Shown here: in pieces, positions 1 through 10,068 of the stretch
Layout: each line of letters starts with the position of its first letter
Position numbering within the stretch: the stretch's first letter is position 1
NCBI GenBank assembly: GCA_965221165.1
Contig: CBDCRP010000003.1
Coordinates: forward strand, 192,001 to 256,000
DNA from: a bacterium
Lineage (GTDB): Bacteria > UBA8248
DNA: 64,000 bases
Direction: 5' to 3'
Made by a program: the position numbers and the translations under genes
The notes under the pieces: model-generated
Database searches by the model: none
Told to the model about the DNA's origin: nothing
What the model saw: only the letters and a program-made list of their open reading frames with translations

Positions 1-198
1 CTTGCCCCGAACCACTTGGCGCATCAACGTGAGGTCCCTATCCTGGATATGCCTGCGGTCTTCACGCAGATGAATGGTGATGCCTATCGCGCCCGCACGT
101 TCAGCGATGAGCGCGGCCGCCACCGGATCGGGCTCGTTCGTCTTTCGCGCTTCGCGGATGGTGGCAACGTGGTCCACATTCACGCATAGCTTGGCCAT
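1..198 (-). CDS. pdxJ: Pyridoxine 5'-phosphate synthase, 5' part only (runs off window start)
   Basis: Manual translation [55 protein letters not shown] contains the PdxJ signatures NVDHVAT and [10 protein letters not shown]; GAGGAG RBS upstream. Not in the ORF track. Confidence 0.95.
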   Translation of the reverse strand, partial: MAKLCVNVDHVATIREARKTNEPDPVAAALIAERAGAIGITIHLREDRRHIQDRDLTLMRQVVRGK

Positions 199-312
199 TC
201 TTCTCCTCAAAACGCATATGCAACATCATGGCATTTGAACGTTCACGTACGATGCGCCCAAGAATTCAAGGGTACTCCTGAGGAACATCATAAATCGAAA
301 TGTTGGGAGAAA

Positions 313-2232
313 CTAGGCTTGGCCGGGCGCCAAGTCCGTCGGCGACGCCTGTGGGTCCTGACGAGGGGTTTCCCCCGGTTGCGGAGAGAGCGGGGCGTTT
401 CCTTCGCCAACCTCGTCTTTTTGCTTACGATTCCTGGAAATCTCCCCGGTTTCCATCAAAGACTCGATATCCTTGAGATCGATGGTTTCATATTCAAGCA
501 GCGCATTGGCGAGCAAGTCGAGCTTATCCCGATTTTCCTCGAGCAATTTATACGCTCTCTCATAACTCGACGAGACCATGTTTTTCACTTCATTATCAAT
601 TTCCAGGGCCACCTGGTCGCTATAATCCCTGTGCTGGGAGATTTCACGCCCCAGGAAGATTTGCTCATGCTTTTTCCCGTAGGCCAAAGGACCAAGCTTC
701 TCGCTCATCCCCCATTCACAAACCATGCTTCTCGCCAGATCAGTCGACGTCTGGATGTCGGCTTTCGCACCCGTCGTTAATTCTTGAAAAACCAGCATCT
801 CCGCTGCTCGTCCACCCATCAGACAAGCAAGCTGGTTCGTCAAAAATGTTTTGTCGTTGCTATAGCGATCCTCAACAGGCGAAGACCATGTACTTCCCAA
901 CGAAAAACCTCGCGGGATAATCGTCACCTTCTCCACGGGGTCCGTCCCCGGTATCAGCAATGAAACAAGGGCGTGTCCCGCCTCATGGAAAGCTGTGTTC
1001 TTCTTTTCTTTTTCACTGAGCGCCATACTGCGCCGCTCTTTGCCCATCAATACTTTATCTTTCGCTTCCATCAGGTCGTCATTTTCGACCGATTGTTTAC
1101 CCCGGCGCGCCGCGAGGAGAGCGGATTCATTCAAAAGGTTCGCCAAATCAGCGCCCGCAAATCGCGGAGTTCCCCGCGCTATCAGATTCAAGTCGACGGA
1201 TTCGTTGAGCGGCACCTTCGCGGCATGCACCTTCAAAATCGCCAAGCGTCCTTTGATGTCGGGCAAGGAAACAACTATCTGGCGGTCAAAGCGGCCAGGC
1301 CTGAGGAGAGCCGGATCCAACACGTCGGGCCGGTTCGTCGCCGCTATCAAGATGACCCCATCATTCGATTCAAAACCATCCATTTCGACAAGAAGTTGAT
1401 TGAGCGTCTGCTCACGCTCATCGTGGCCGCCACCGAGGCCGGCGCCCCTATGTCGCCCGACAGCATCAATCTCATCGATGAAAATGATACACGGCGCATT
1501 CGACTTGCCCTGCTCGAATAAATCCCGGACCCTTGACGCACCGACCCCGACAAACATCTCCACAAAACTCGAACCACTTATAGAAAAAAACGGCACGTCC
1601 GCCTCGCCCGCGATAGCGCGCGCCAGCAGGGTTTTACCCGTGCCCGGAGGACCGACCATGAGGACACCCTTCGGGATGCGCGCACCCAAACGTGTGAATT
1701 TTTGCGGGTCACGGAGAAAATCAACAAGTTCTTCGAGTTCTTCCTTTGCTTCTTCAATGCCGGCCACATCCGCGAATGTAATTTTTTTCTTTGCGGACTC
1801 AGGCATCATTCGCGCTTTGCTTTTTCCGAAAGACAGGGCTTTGGAACCGCCCATCTGCATCTGGCGCATGAAGAAAATCCATACACCCAGCATCACCAAC
1901 ATGGGCAGCCAACTCAACAACATATTCATGTACCAGGCGTTCTGCTCCACGGGCTGCGCCGTGATGCGGACGCCCTTGGACCTGAGGGTGTCGATAAGTT
2001 TGGGATCTTTCGGAGCATAGGTATGGAAAGACCTGCCACTGAGGTAGCGGCCCCGAATGTTGTCTCCCTGGACAACCACTTCACTCACCTGCCCATCGGC
2101 CACCGCTTTCAGAAAATCGCTGTAGACGACCGTTCTGTCCATCGAGCGTGGGCTATTGAAGGCCTGAAACAAGCCCACCATTATCAAGCCAATAATCAGC
2201 CAAAGCGCCAAATTTTTGTAAAATTGGTTCAA
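313..2232 (-). CDS. ftsH: ATP-dependent zinc metalloprotease FtsH
   Basis: Two N-terminal TM segments, Walker A GPPGTGKT, pore loop FVEMFVG, Walker [36 protein letters not shown] Zn motif. Start moved to TTG 2232 ([19 protein letters not shown]). Confidence 0.97.
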   Translation of the reverse strand: MNQFYKNLALWLIIGLIMVGLFQAFNSPRSMDRTVVYSDFLKAVADGQVSEVVVQGDNIRGRYLSGRSFHTYAPKDPKLIDTLRSKGVRITAQPVEQNAWYMNMLLSWLPMLVMLGVWIFFMRQMQMGGSKALSFGKSKARMMPESAKKKITFADVAGIEEAKEELEELVDFLRDPQKFTRLGARIPKGVLMVGPPGTGKTLLARAIAGEADVPFFSISGSSFVEMFVGVGASRVRDLFEQGKSNAPCIIFIDEIDAVGRHRGAGLGGGHDEREQTLNQLLVEMDGFESNDGVILIAATNRPDVLDPALLRPGRFDRQIVVSLPDIKGRLAILKVHAAKVPLNESVDLNLIARGTPRFAGADLANLLNESALLAARRGKQSVENDDLMEAKDKVLMGKERRSMALSEKEKKNTAFHEAGHALVSLLIPGTDPVEKVTIIPRGFSLGSTWSSPVEDRYSNDKTFLTNQLACLMGGRAAEMLVFQELTTGAKADIQTSTDLARSMVCEWGMSEKLGPLAYGKKHEQIFLGREISQHRDYSDQVALEIDNEVKNMVSSSYERAYKLLEENRDKLDLLANALLEYETIDLKDIESLMETGEISRNRKQKDEVGEGNAPLSPQPGETPRQDPQASPTDLAPGQA

Positions 2233-2328
2233 GATACATTCCTTTTCTTTCGGGTAAACATCTCCCTGAGTTCTACAAAAACAAGTTATCAGGATTTTTC
2301 TCATCCGTCCACGAGTCAAAACCCCCAA

Positions 2329-3816
2329 TCACCGGCCCAACGAATCCCAGAGCTTAGTGTCTTCATTTTCAAGCATCGCTTTAAGGGTAATCCCCTTCTT
2401 CACATTCCCGCCAAGCGTGAATTCCGCCGAAACCTGATGGCCGATAATCCACGCCACTTTCTCCCCCACGGCAAGCAGCGGTATCCGGTTTCTCAAGGAT
2501 TTCGGTATTTTTTGCTCTATGAAGTAATCCTTGAGCTTCTTCTCCTTTTTGCGGTCCACAGGATGGAAGCGATCTCCATCGCGCCGGGTTCGGATGCGGG
2601 CATCAGCACCCAGTTTTTCCGCATCGAGACACACTTCCCACCCCCCTTTCAGGGGATGTGCAAAATCCAGCGAAGTTTCCATTTCAAGGCCTAATGAGCG
2701 ATGAACCGTCTCTCCAGGAATCCGTAGCTTTTGCTCCTCAAGTAATTTCGAATCAAAATCGGGATGCCCGAAGATGAGCCTGTCATATTCCCTTCTCGCC
2801 TCCAAACTACCCGGCAAACTCAAAACTCCCGAAGGATTATCCCCCATCGCGAGGTCATCGAGGTCTTCAATCCACTTCCGAAGAGCGCGCCTGCGGGTGC
2901 GGACGGGCGATTCTTCCCTAAGCGTATCCAGCGCCGTGCGCCAAACCCCGGCTCTGAGCGCTTGAGTGAGTTTCCTCACTTTCCGCAAAGGAAAAATCGT
3001 GATCTTCCCCTCGTCCTCACGAATGAACTTCACACACGCATCCATGGTCATTTCATCAACGAGAGAAACAAGCGGCGCCGAGATTTCCGCGCTCTTGGCG
3101 ATTCCGCTGATGGCGGCATCACCCAAATACTCTCGAACCACCGGCATGATTTTTTTGCGTATCCGGTTTCTGAGGCGGCTTTCATCTTCATTTGTTTCAT
3201 CTTCGACCCAGGAAACGCCCCGCACTTCCAGATATTCCAAAATTTCCGTGCGCGACGCATCCAGCAAGGGCCGGATGATCTGAAGCCCATCTCCTCTTTT
3301 CGACGAAAGCGGGGTCCGCCATTTGATGCCCGATATGCCCTTCACGCCCGCTCCTTCGAATAAACGCATGAGTACGGTCTCGGCCTGATCATCTTTGTTG
3401 TGCGCCAACGCGAGAGTATCGGCCCCCATCTCCCGGGTGACGGATAGGAAGGCCGAGCGTCTTGATTCGCGCGCAGCTCCCTCAAGGCCCCTTTGCGCTA
3501 TTTGAGACACCCGAACACGCTCGCAACGGAAATCGATATCGTATCGTCGACACACACGCTCGGCATGCTCAGCGTCTTTTCTCGAAAGAGCGCCCCGGAG
3601 CCCGTGCTCGACATGAACAGCGCAGAGGAGTTGTGATTCCGGCAAGAGCGACTGTAAGGACAATAAAAGGGCGGTGGAATCCGCGCCACCCGAAAAGCCG
3701 ACGAGCAAAGGGACAGGCTTCGCCTCATAAGCGCATTTTTTGAGGCCTTTTCTCACCTTGGCCTCAAACGTTTTTTTTATCTTCAAGGAAGATGTTTGCG
3801 GGGCGTCCGGAGTCAT
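2329..3816 (-). CDS. tilS: tRNA(Ile)-lysidine synthetase
   Basis: PP-loop SGGADS, AHNKDDQAETVL, IRPLL, DETN...RNRIR, C-terminal TilS-C (RRDGDRF...KKLKDYFIEQKIP); canonical neighbour of ftsH. Confidence 0.95.
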   Translation of the reverse strand: MTPDAPQTSSLKIKKTFEAKVRKGLKKCAYEAKPVPLLVGFSGGADSTALLLSLQSLLPESQLLCAVHVEHGLRGALSRKDAEHAERVCRRYDIDFRCERVRVSQIAQRGLEGAARESRRSAFLSVTREMGADTLALAHNKDDQAETVLMRLFEGAGVKGISGIKWRTPLSSKRGDGLQIIRPLLDASRTEILEYLEVRGVSWVEDETNEDESRLRNRIRKKIMPVVREYLGDAAISGIAKSAEISAPLVSLVDEMTMDACVKFIREDEGKITIFPLRKVRKLTQALRAGVWRTALDTLREESPVRTRRRALRKWIEDLDDLAMGDNPSGVLSLPGSLEARREYDRLIFGHPDFDSKLLEEQKLRIPGETVHRSLGLEMETSLDFAHPLKGGWEVCLDAEKLGADARIRTRRDGDRFHPVDRKKEKKLKDYFIEQKIPKSLRNRIPLLAVGEKVAWIIGHQVSAEFTLGGNVKKGITLKAMLENEDTKLWDSLGR

Positions 3817-3847
3817 TGAGAATATCCTCCCCTAGACGGCGAGGAAG

Positions 3848-3924
3848 TGGTAGCGGCGGAGGGACTTGAACCCCCAACACTACGGATATGAGCCGTATGC
3901 TCTAACCGGTTGAGCTACGCCGCC
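3848..3924 (-). tRNA. tRNA with CAT anticodon, most likely elongator tRNA-Met
   Basis: GGCGGCGTAGCTCAACCGGTTAGAGCATACGGCTCATATCCGTAGTGTTGGGGGTTCAAGTCCCTCCGCCGCTACCA: 77 nt cloverleaf, TTCAA T-loop, encoded CCA; lacks the initiator C1:A72 mismatch and GGG/CCC anticodon stem. Confidence 0.95.
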
Positions 3925-3937
3925 AGAATGCACTCCG

Positions 3938-4093
3938 TCAGGGGGACTGCTTGGGTCGGAATATTGCGAAAAAAAACATGACCGAGAGAATATAGAAAAA
4001 AACCTGTAAGCCAACGTCTTCCATACGGAAGCCTACCATCAAGCACAAATATCCCAAAAAGAGCAAGATCATAATTTCGATTTCACGTCTCAT
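3938..4093 (-). CDS. Small (51 aa) two-TM hypothetical membrane protein
   Basis: MRREIEIMILLFLGYLCLMVGFRMEDVGLQVFFYILSVMFFFAIFRPKQSP; ATGA overlap with the upstream stop; GGGGAG RBS. Confidence 0.55.
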   Translation of the reverse strand: MRREIEIMILLFLGYLCLMVGFRMEDVGLQVFFYILSVMFFFAIFRPKQSP

Positions 4094-4287
4094 TTGTCGT
4101 TTACTCCCCGCTCTAAACTTTCGGAAGAAGGTGACGGATCGTTCGATTTCTCCCGTTTTAATCTCAAGTCCGGAGAAAATTCCGGACAAAAAATCGCTCC
4201 ATTCGGCTCGTTACGATACTTTAGACGGCAATTCTCTCGCCAAGCGCAAACAGCACATTCACGAACTCCCTCGTAGGCCACGCTCAA
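4090..4287 (-). CDS. Small Cys-rich hypothetical protein (65 aa, possible metal-binding)
   Basis: CAVCAWRENC...CPEF four-Cys pattern; GAGGAG RBS and a sigma70-like promoter upstream. Confidence 0.65.
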   Translation of the reverse strand: MSVAYEGVRECAVCAWRENCRLKYRNEPNGAIFCPEFSPDLRLKREKSNDPSPSSESLERGVNDK

Positions 4288-4326
4288 ATACTCTCCTCTC
4301 GAGACTCCGCCTCACTACAGGAGCAG

Positions 4327-4356
4327 AATATAAATGCCCAGGGGCGAAAACGTCAA
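4327..4356 (-). promoter_or_regulatory. sigma70-like promoter for the small ORFs/tRNA/tilS
   Basis: TTGACG-N18-TATATT on the minus strand, in the intergenic gap downstream of proS. Confidence 0.55.
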
Positions 4357-4464
4357 GTTTTCTATTTTTCCGTTTTCCCTTTCCTCGACACCTCCAGTAC
4401 CGATGAGCGCTTCACAGAGAGAATGCACCAGTCACTTTGCAAATGAATCCGAGAACCTCATGAA

Positions 4465-6177
4465 TCATCCGGCGCGTTTGATCTCTTCGGAAATCAGGTT
4501 TTCCAGAAAAGATGCCGCATCGTTTACCGCTACAAACTGCGTCTCCCCGGTTCTTCGCGATTTGATCTCGATTTTATTTTCCTTGAGACCCCTCGGTCCG
4601 ATGACCGCCTTATAGGGAAACCCCATCAGGTCGGCGTCCTTGAATTTCACGCCAGGGCGCTCATCCCTGTCATCCAGCACGACATCCAGCCCTGCGGATT
4701 CGAGCGAGTCATACATGCGAGTGCAAACCTCCATGGTTTCATCATCCAGTTTCACCGGAATGATATCCACGTGATATGGAGCGATGGGAGTCGGCCAGAT
4801 GATGCCGTCTTCATCATGGTTCTGCTCTATGGCCGCCGCCACCGTGCGGCCCACGCCAATGCCATAACAACCCATGACGATGGTGTGGGTCTCGCTATTT
4901 TCATCCTGGTAGGTAGCGCTCAGAGACTCAGAATACTTGCAACCCAGCTTAAAGACATGCCCCACCTCGATACCGCGCCTGATACCAAGCGCCGCCTCAC
5001 ATTTGGGGCAGGCATCTCCTTCGTGTGCAACGGTGAGGTCCGCAAATTTGCTTGCCGTAAAGTCACGACCCTCACGCGCGCCCGTATAGTGATGATCCGT
5101 TTGATTCGCCCCGACGATAAGCCCGCCGCTACTCTCAATGGCGAAATCGGCGATGAGCCTGACGTCCGCCAAACCGACAGGGCCTGCAAAACCCACTTCA
5201 GAGCGGGTAAGTTCCTCCACCATCTCGGGGCCGGCAAGCTCGATATCCACCACATCAAGCGCATTTTTCAATTTGATTTCATTCAACTCTCTGTGGCCTG
5301 GAATCAGCGCGGCCACCGGCTCGCCGTCCGCAACATACAAAAGGGTCTTGACCATCCTGTGCGGAGGTAAAGAGAAAAATTCCGCCACCTCTGCTATCGT
5401 ATGGGCGCCCGGGGTGTGGACTTTCTCGAGATCACCTCCCTCATTCTCAGGCAGCTTCAGACGAACCGGCGATTTTTCCACATTCGCCGCGTAGCCACAT
5501 GAATCGCAGGCGGTGATTGCCTCTTCGCCCGTATCGGCCATGACCATGAACTCGTGCGAAAAACTCCCGCCAATGGCTCCTGAATCCGCCTCCACGGCAC
5601 TGAACTTCAGTCCACAGCGCTGAAATATCCGTGTATAGGCCTGCACCATCTCATCATAGCTCCGCTCAGCGCCCGCCTCGTCACGATCAAAGCTGTAGCC
5701 GTCCTTCATCGTAAACTCCCGCCCCCGCATCACGCCAAACCGCGGCCTGATCTCGTCTCTAAACTTCGTTTGAATCTGATAGAGATTAAGCGGCAGGTCC
5801 CGGTAGCTCCTCACCTCGCGCGCCACCAGATCGGTAACTACCTCTTCATGCGTGGGACCCAGGCAAAAATCGCGCTCATGGCGATCTTTTAAGCGGATCA
5901 ATTCTTTGCCATATACTTCCCATCGTCCCGTTTTTTGCCAGAGTTCGGCGGGATTCAGCGTAGGAAGGAAAACCTCTTGCGCACCTGCGTGATTCAACTC
6001 TTCGCGCAGTATCTGCTCCACTTTGCGCTGCACGCGCACACCCAGTGGCAAAAGCGTATACACGCCCGCCGCCAAGCGACGAATCATTCCCGAACGCACC
6101 ATGAGCTTGTGGCTGACGACTTCCGCCTCGGCGGGCGCTTCTTTTAATGTGGGCAAAAATCCTCGTGAGAATCGCAT
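4465..6177 (-). CDS. proS: Proline--tRNA ligase (with editing/INS domain)
   Basis: LGPTHEE, QTKFRDEIRPRFGVMRGREF, GIEVGHVFKLG, MGCYGIG. Confidence 0.97.
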   Translation of the reverse strand: MRFSRGFLPTLKEAPAEAEVVSHKLMVRSGMIRRLAAGVYTLLPLGVRVQRKVEQILREELNHAGAQEVFLPTLNPAELWQKTGRWEVYGKELIRLKDRHERDFCLGPTHEEVVTDLVAREVRSYRDLPLNLYQIQTKFRDEIRPRFGVMRGREFTMKDGYSFDRDEAGAERSYDEMVQAYTRIFQRCGLKFSAVEADSGAIGGSFSHEFMVMADTGEEAITACDSCGYAANVEKSPVRLKLPENEGGDLEKVHTPGAHTIAEVAEFFSLPPHRMVKTLLYVADGEPVAALIPGHRELNEIKLKNALDVVDIELAGPEMVEELTRSEVGFAGPVGLADVRLIADFAIESSGGLIVGANQTDHHYTGAREGRDFTASKFADLTVAHEGDACPKCEAALGIRRGIEVGHVFKLGCKYSESLSATYQDENSETHTIVMGCYGIGVGRTVAAAIEQNHDEDGIIWPTPIAPYHVDIIPVKLDDETMEVCTRMYDSLESAGLDVVLDDRDERPGVKFKDADLMGFPYKAVIGPRGLKENKIEIKSRRTGETQFVAVNDAASFLENLISEEIKRAG

Positions 6178-6191
6178 GAATCAGAATTTTC

Positions 6192-7436
6192 TTAGGAGTG
6201 GGCCGTCTCGAATTGGCCTTTTTCATATTGTTCCGCGAGTTGTTCTACGCGTTCGACCAAGTTTTTCTTGATGTCTTCGTAAGATACCAGACCAGCCTTT
6301 TCGCCTTTCATGAAAATCAGAGCGCGCTTGTGTCCGCCGGCGACGCCGATGTCGGCATCCTTCGCTTCACCGGGCCCGTTCACTTCGCAACCCATGACGG
6401 CCACCGTAATGGGGGCACTGATATGGGCGAGTTCCTGCTCTACTTCCATGGTGAGCTTATCCACATCAATCTGAACGCGGCCGCATGATGGGCACGCGAC
6501 GACATTCACGCCCTTTTGGCGCAGCTTCATACTTTTCAGAATTTCGTAACCCACACGCACCTCTTCCACCGGATCCGCCGCCAAAGAAACACGGATGGTG
6601 TCGCCAATACCCTCAGAGAGCAGAATTCCTAAACCGACGGCGCTTTTTATACTCCCCGTCTGGAGGCTTCCGCTCTCCGTGATGCCCAGGTGAAGAGGAT
6701 ACTCAACACGTTTCGCCATCAACCGATAGGCTTTTACCGTCCTCGCGACATCAGAAGCTTTCAGGGAAATTTTCGTGTCATAAAAGTTGCGCTTCTCCAG
6801 CATGGCGACATGGCGCAATCCGCTTTCCACTATCGCCTCGGGCGTGGCGCCCCCAAAGCGATCAAGCAGATGTTTTTCCAGGGAACCGGCGTTCACACCC
6901 ACACGGATGGGCAAGCCGTGGTCTTTCGCCGCGGCGACCACCTCGCTCACCCTTTCTTCTCCATTGATGTTGCCGGGGTTGATGCGCAGGCAATCAATCC
7001 CTGCATCCGCCGCCATCAAGGCATAGCGATAGTCGAAATGAATATCCGCCACCAATGGTATTTCGGTGCGTTTTCTGATTTCAGGCAGCGCCTCGGCCGA
7101 CTTCTCATCGGGAACAGCCAGGCGCACGATTTCACATCCAGCGGCTTCCAGGCGTTCGATTTGGTCGATGGTTCCCTCCACATCGTGCGTGTAGGTGTTG
7201 CACATCGACTGCACCACAATGGGAGCGCCGCCGCCAATCTTGACGCCGCGTACTTCGACTTGGGAGCTTTTTCGCCGATTCAAAGGAAACAATGAGGGGT
7301 CTGCGCAAGGCAGCGCCTCGTCGGCTGCACCCCCACCCACCATCGGAAGAGCGGAACCGTGTTGCTCTTCGGGAGGCAGACCGACTCCCGGAATGGGTTT
7401 CTTGTAAAATATATCGTCTGTAAATGGCTCAAACAT
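6192..7436 (-). CDS. ispG: HMBPP synthase IspG (flavodoxin/ferredoxin-dependent)
   Basis: IGGGAPIVVQSM, ADIHFD, RINPGN, PLHLGITESG, GIGDTIRVSL, CPSCGR and MGCEVNGPGEA (4Fe-4S ligands). Confidence 0.96.
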   Translation of the reverse strand: MFEPFTDDIFYKKPIPGVGLPPEEQHGSALPMVGGGAADEALPCADPSLFPLNRRKSSQVEVRGVKIGGGAPIVVQSMCNTYTHDVEGTIDQIERLEAAGCEIVRLAVPDEKSAEALPEIRKRTEIPLVADIHFDYRYALMAADAGIDCLRINPGNINGEERVSEVVAAAKDHGLPIRVGVNAGSLEKHLLDRFGGATPEAIVESGLRHVAMLEKRNFYDTKISLKASDVARTVKAYRLMAKRVEYPLHLGITESGSLQTGSIKSAVGLGILLSEGIGDTIRVSLAADPVEEVRVGYEILKSMKLRQKGVNVVACPSCGRVQIDVDKLTMEVEQELAHISAPITVAVMGCEVNGPGEAKDADIGVAGGHKRALIFMKGEKAGLVSYEDIKKNLVERVEQLAEQYEKGQFETAHS

Positions 7437-7447
7437 AATCAAAGCCC

Positions 7448-8641
7448 CTACTCATTTTTTTTCTTTTCAGGAGATAATTTCTTTATGTTCTTGCCTTTCC
7501 GCTCTTGTTTCTGTTTCGTGATGGATGGCGTTTCACTCCCAAGAAGATAATACACGCTATCCTTGTAGGTGGCAAAGATCATCAAACCGATGAGCAAGAC
7601 GGTGCCCACTTGCATGGCCATCTCCCGGATTCTCAAACTAATGGGCCTACCTCTCAAACCTTCAATGAGCAAGAAAAGAATGTGCCCTCCATCGAGAACC
7701 GGGATTGGCAACAGGTTCAGAATCGCCAAATTCACGCTGAGCAAAATCGTGAACATGATGAGGTAGCGGAACCCGCGTTGCGCTTGTTCCGCAGCCACTA
7801 CGGAAATACGAATCGGCCCGCCGATATCCGCAGGAATCGTTTTCGTGAGCATCGAATATAGTGTAAAGACCGTTAAGCTGACGATGCGGTAGTTTTGCTC
7901 GAATCCCTTCCCCAAGGACTCAATGAATCCAAAACGCTCGGTATGGGTGCCTTGGCCGATACTGATGCCAATGCGACCGTAACCCAACTCCTGGCCCGTC
8001 GCGCTCTTCGATGTCGGGATAATGGGCGTTTCAAAAGATTTGCGGCCGCGCTCCACTTTCAACACGAGTTTTCTATCAGCATTTTTTCGTACAATTTCGA
8101 CAAGCTCGGACCATTTTTGAATCGGCCTCCCGTCAATAGCCACGATATGATCGCCGGTTTGCAGGTTCGCCTTTTGCGCCGGCGTGCCAGGCAAAACACC
8201 GCCCACCCACGTTCCCGGCACGGGAATGCCACCCAGGTGCAGTCCCCAACTCAGGAGTATCGCCAGGACGATATTAAAGAAAGGCCCTGCCGAAATGACC
8301 GCCAATCTATGGCTCACGGGGCGCAGATAAAAAGATTTTTCCGGTTCATCCGGCTCTTTGGGCACATCGGGATCATCAGGTTGCGCTTCGGGGTCTTCGC
8401 CTACGAGCTTCACATAGCCACCCAAAGGGATGAGCGACACGCGATACTCCGTCTCTCCGCGCTCAAAACCCCAGATGCGACGGCCAAAACCTAAAGAAAA
8501 CGTAGTGACGCCGATTTTGAGCCATTTGGCCACGAGATGGTGACCCAATTCGTGGATGAAAATGAGTAAACCCAAGACAAGCACGGCCCAGAAAATCGTC
8601 TGTCCGAAACCCATCACCCAGTTTATGATTTGCATCGTCAT
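7448..8641 (-). CDS. rseP: RIP intramembrane metalloprotease RseP (site-2 protease)
   Basis: HELGH, IPLGGYVK, AGPFFN, one PDZ-like domain, NLLPIPVLDGG. Confidence 0.95.
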   Translation of the reverse strand: MTMQIINWVMGFGQTIFWAVLVLGLLIFIHELGHHLVAKWLKIGVTTFSLGFGRRIWGFERGETEYRVSLIPLGGYVKLVGEDPEAQPDDPDVPKEPDEPEKSFYLRPVSHRLAVISAGPFFNIVLAILLSWGLHLGGIPVPGTWVGGVLPGTPAQKANLQTGDHIVAIDGRPIQKWSELVEIVRKNADRKLVLKVERGRKSFETPIIPTSKSATGQELGYGRIGISIGQGTHTERFGFIESLGKGFEQNYRIVSLTVFTLYSMLTKTIPADIGGPIRISVVAAEQAQRGFRYLIMFTILLSVNLAILNLLPIPVLDGGHILFLLIEGLRGRPISLRIREMAMQVGTVLLIGLMIFATYKDSVYYLLGSETPSITKQKQERKGKNIKKLSPEKKKNE

Positions 8642-8659
8642 TCTCGAATGAATCCTTAT

Positions 8660-9403
8660 TTATTGCCGGTCGCTGTGGGCCGGCATTTGGATAACTTCCA
8701 CATTCGGCGGCACGACAAACTCAAATTCCTCTTCTGCAATTCTGACGTCTTCTCGCACATCTGAAAAACGCAAATGACTCTTGTTGCCGACGTTATCAAT
8801 ATACGCCAACGTGAGGATTGTGAAATTCTCAGGCTCCACTTCTATCCACATTCGGCGAAAAGAGGGCCCTGGAGACTTGGGCTCCAAGCGAATGCGGTGG
8901 GGCTGACCAGCCCGCCAGATTCCTCCGCTTCGTCTCGCAATTCCAACTTCTTCCACCAAAACATGAAAATTCTCCTTCAGATCCCCCTTGCCTGCCAAGA
9001 ATAACAAAGGAGTGGCACTAAACCCAAGGCGCCCGGTTTTGGAAACCATCACTTGTTTGAAGCGGGCCGTGTAGATCCAAAACGTACGACCATCAGAAAC
9101 CAGAACCTGATTTTCGGGCTTCAGATACTCCATGCGCAATTTGCCCGGTTTCTTCAACAGGAGGCTCCCGCTCGACGTCGTTGTTCGCCCAAGGGATTTC
9201 AATTCATTTTTTTGCTCGAAAGAGGCTTGCAGGGATTCCAGGGCCTCATATTTTTTCTGGAGAGCCGTGATTATTCTCCCCGTCTTCAGACGTGATTCTT
9301 CCTCCACCGGCGCACAAAAAACGGTGGCTTCAAAAAACGCGAAAAACGAAAACCCGAATACCAGCATCAAAAAAATCGATTTGCTCAAAACTCTGGTTAT
9401 CAT
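8660..9403 (-). CDS. lolA: Outer-membrane lipoprotein carrier LolA-family protein
   Basis: Signal peptide; SLQASFEQ, KKPGKLRMEY..PENQVLVSDG, C-terminal FEFVVPPNVEVI. Confidence 0.85.
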   Translation of the reverse strand: MITRVLSKSIFLMLVFGFSFFAFFEATVFCAPVEEESRLKTGRIITALQKKYEALESLQASFEQKNELKSLGRTTTSSGSLLLKKPGKLRMEYLKPENQVLVSDGRTFWIYTARFKQVMVSKTGRLGFSATPLLFLAGKGDLKENFHVLVEEVGIARRSGGIWRAGQPHRIRLEPKSPGPSFRRMWIEVEPENFTILTLAYIDNVGNKSHLRFSDVREDVRIAEEEFEFVVPPNVEVIQMPAHSDRQ

Positions 9404-9412
9404 TATGAATTA

Positions 9413-10066
9413 CTACTCCGAAACGGGCGAGATGAAACCGCTATTACCCCCAAAAACGTCTCCTGCATATTCCACAACGCCACCAATGCAGCGAACGCTC
9501 CCCTCGGCAATGAGACGCACCGCAAGCGGGTATATGCGGTGTTCATAACCGAGAATTCTCTCCGAAAGTTTTTTTTCATCATCATGGGGAAACACCGGCA
9601 CGGCGGCTTGTAAAATGACTGGCCCTGTATCCACCCCCTCGTCCACAAAGTGGACCGTGCAGCCCGTCACCCTCACGCCGGCATCCAAGGCCTTTTTTTG
9701 CGCGTGAAGACCAGGAAAACTCGGCAAAAGCGAAGGATGAATGTTGATGATTCTTCCCGAGAAACGGCTCACGAACTTTGGGGGTAAAATGCGCATGAAA
9801 CCAGCGCAACAGATGAGCTCGATTCCACAACTTTCGAGCTCATCACCCATCTTCAGATAAAAACCATCCTCTTCGGGCGCTACGTGCCGATGTTCTATTC
9901 CCGCCGCCGAAGCGCGCTCGAGCGCATACGCCTTTTTTTTGTCGCTCAACACCAGTGCGACTTCCGCCGGGAAATCCGGATTCCCTCCCGCATCAATGAG
10001 GGCTTGTAAGTTCGAGCCACGTCCCGACGCCAAAACACCCACGCGCAATCGTGTTCTTCGAGACAA
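9413..10066 (-). CDS. purN: Phosphoribosylglycinamide formyltransferase
   Basis: SGRGSNLQA, AGFMRIL, NIHPSLLPSFPG, GCTVHFVDEGVDTGP. Start set at TTG 10066, just after the purM stop. Confidence 0.95.
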   Translation of the reverse strand: MSRRTRLRVGVLASGRGSNLQALIDAGGNPDFPAEVALVLSDKKKAYALERASAAGIEHRHVAPEEDGFYLKMGDELESCGIELICCAGFMRILPPKFVSRFSGRIINIHPSLLPSFPGLHAQKKALDAGVRVTGCTVHFVDEGVDTGPVILQAAVPVFPHDDEKKLSERILGYEHRIYPLAVRLIAEGSVRCIGGVVEYAGDVFGGNSGFISPVSE

Positions 10067-10068
10067 TG

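Noticed and set aside
1155-1175. Fts[10 protein letters not shown] instead of the usual TPGFSGADL
   Set aside because: Local substitutions (the Gly-to-Arg change needs only one base); all catalytic motifs intact; cannot distinguish variant from read error.
3848-4464. tRNA as an integration site for a genomic island
   Set aside because: No duplicated tRNA 3' end or integrase seen; tilS follows directly.
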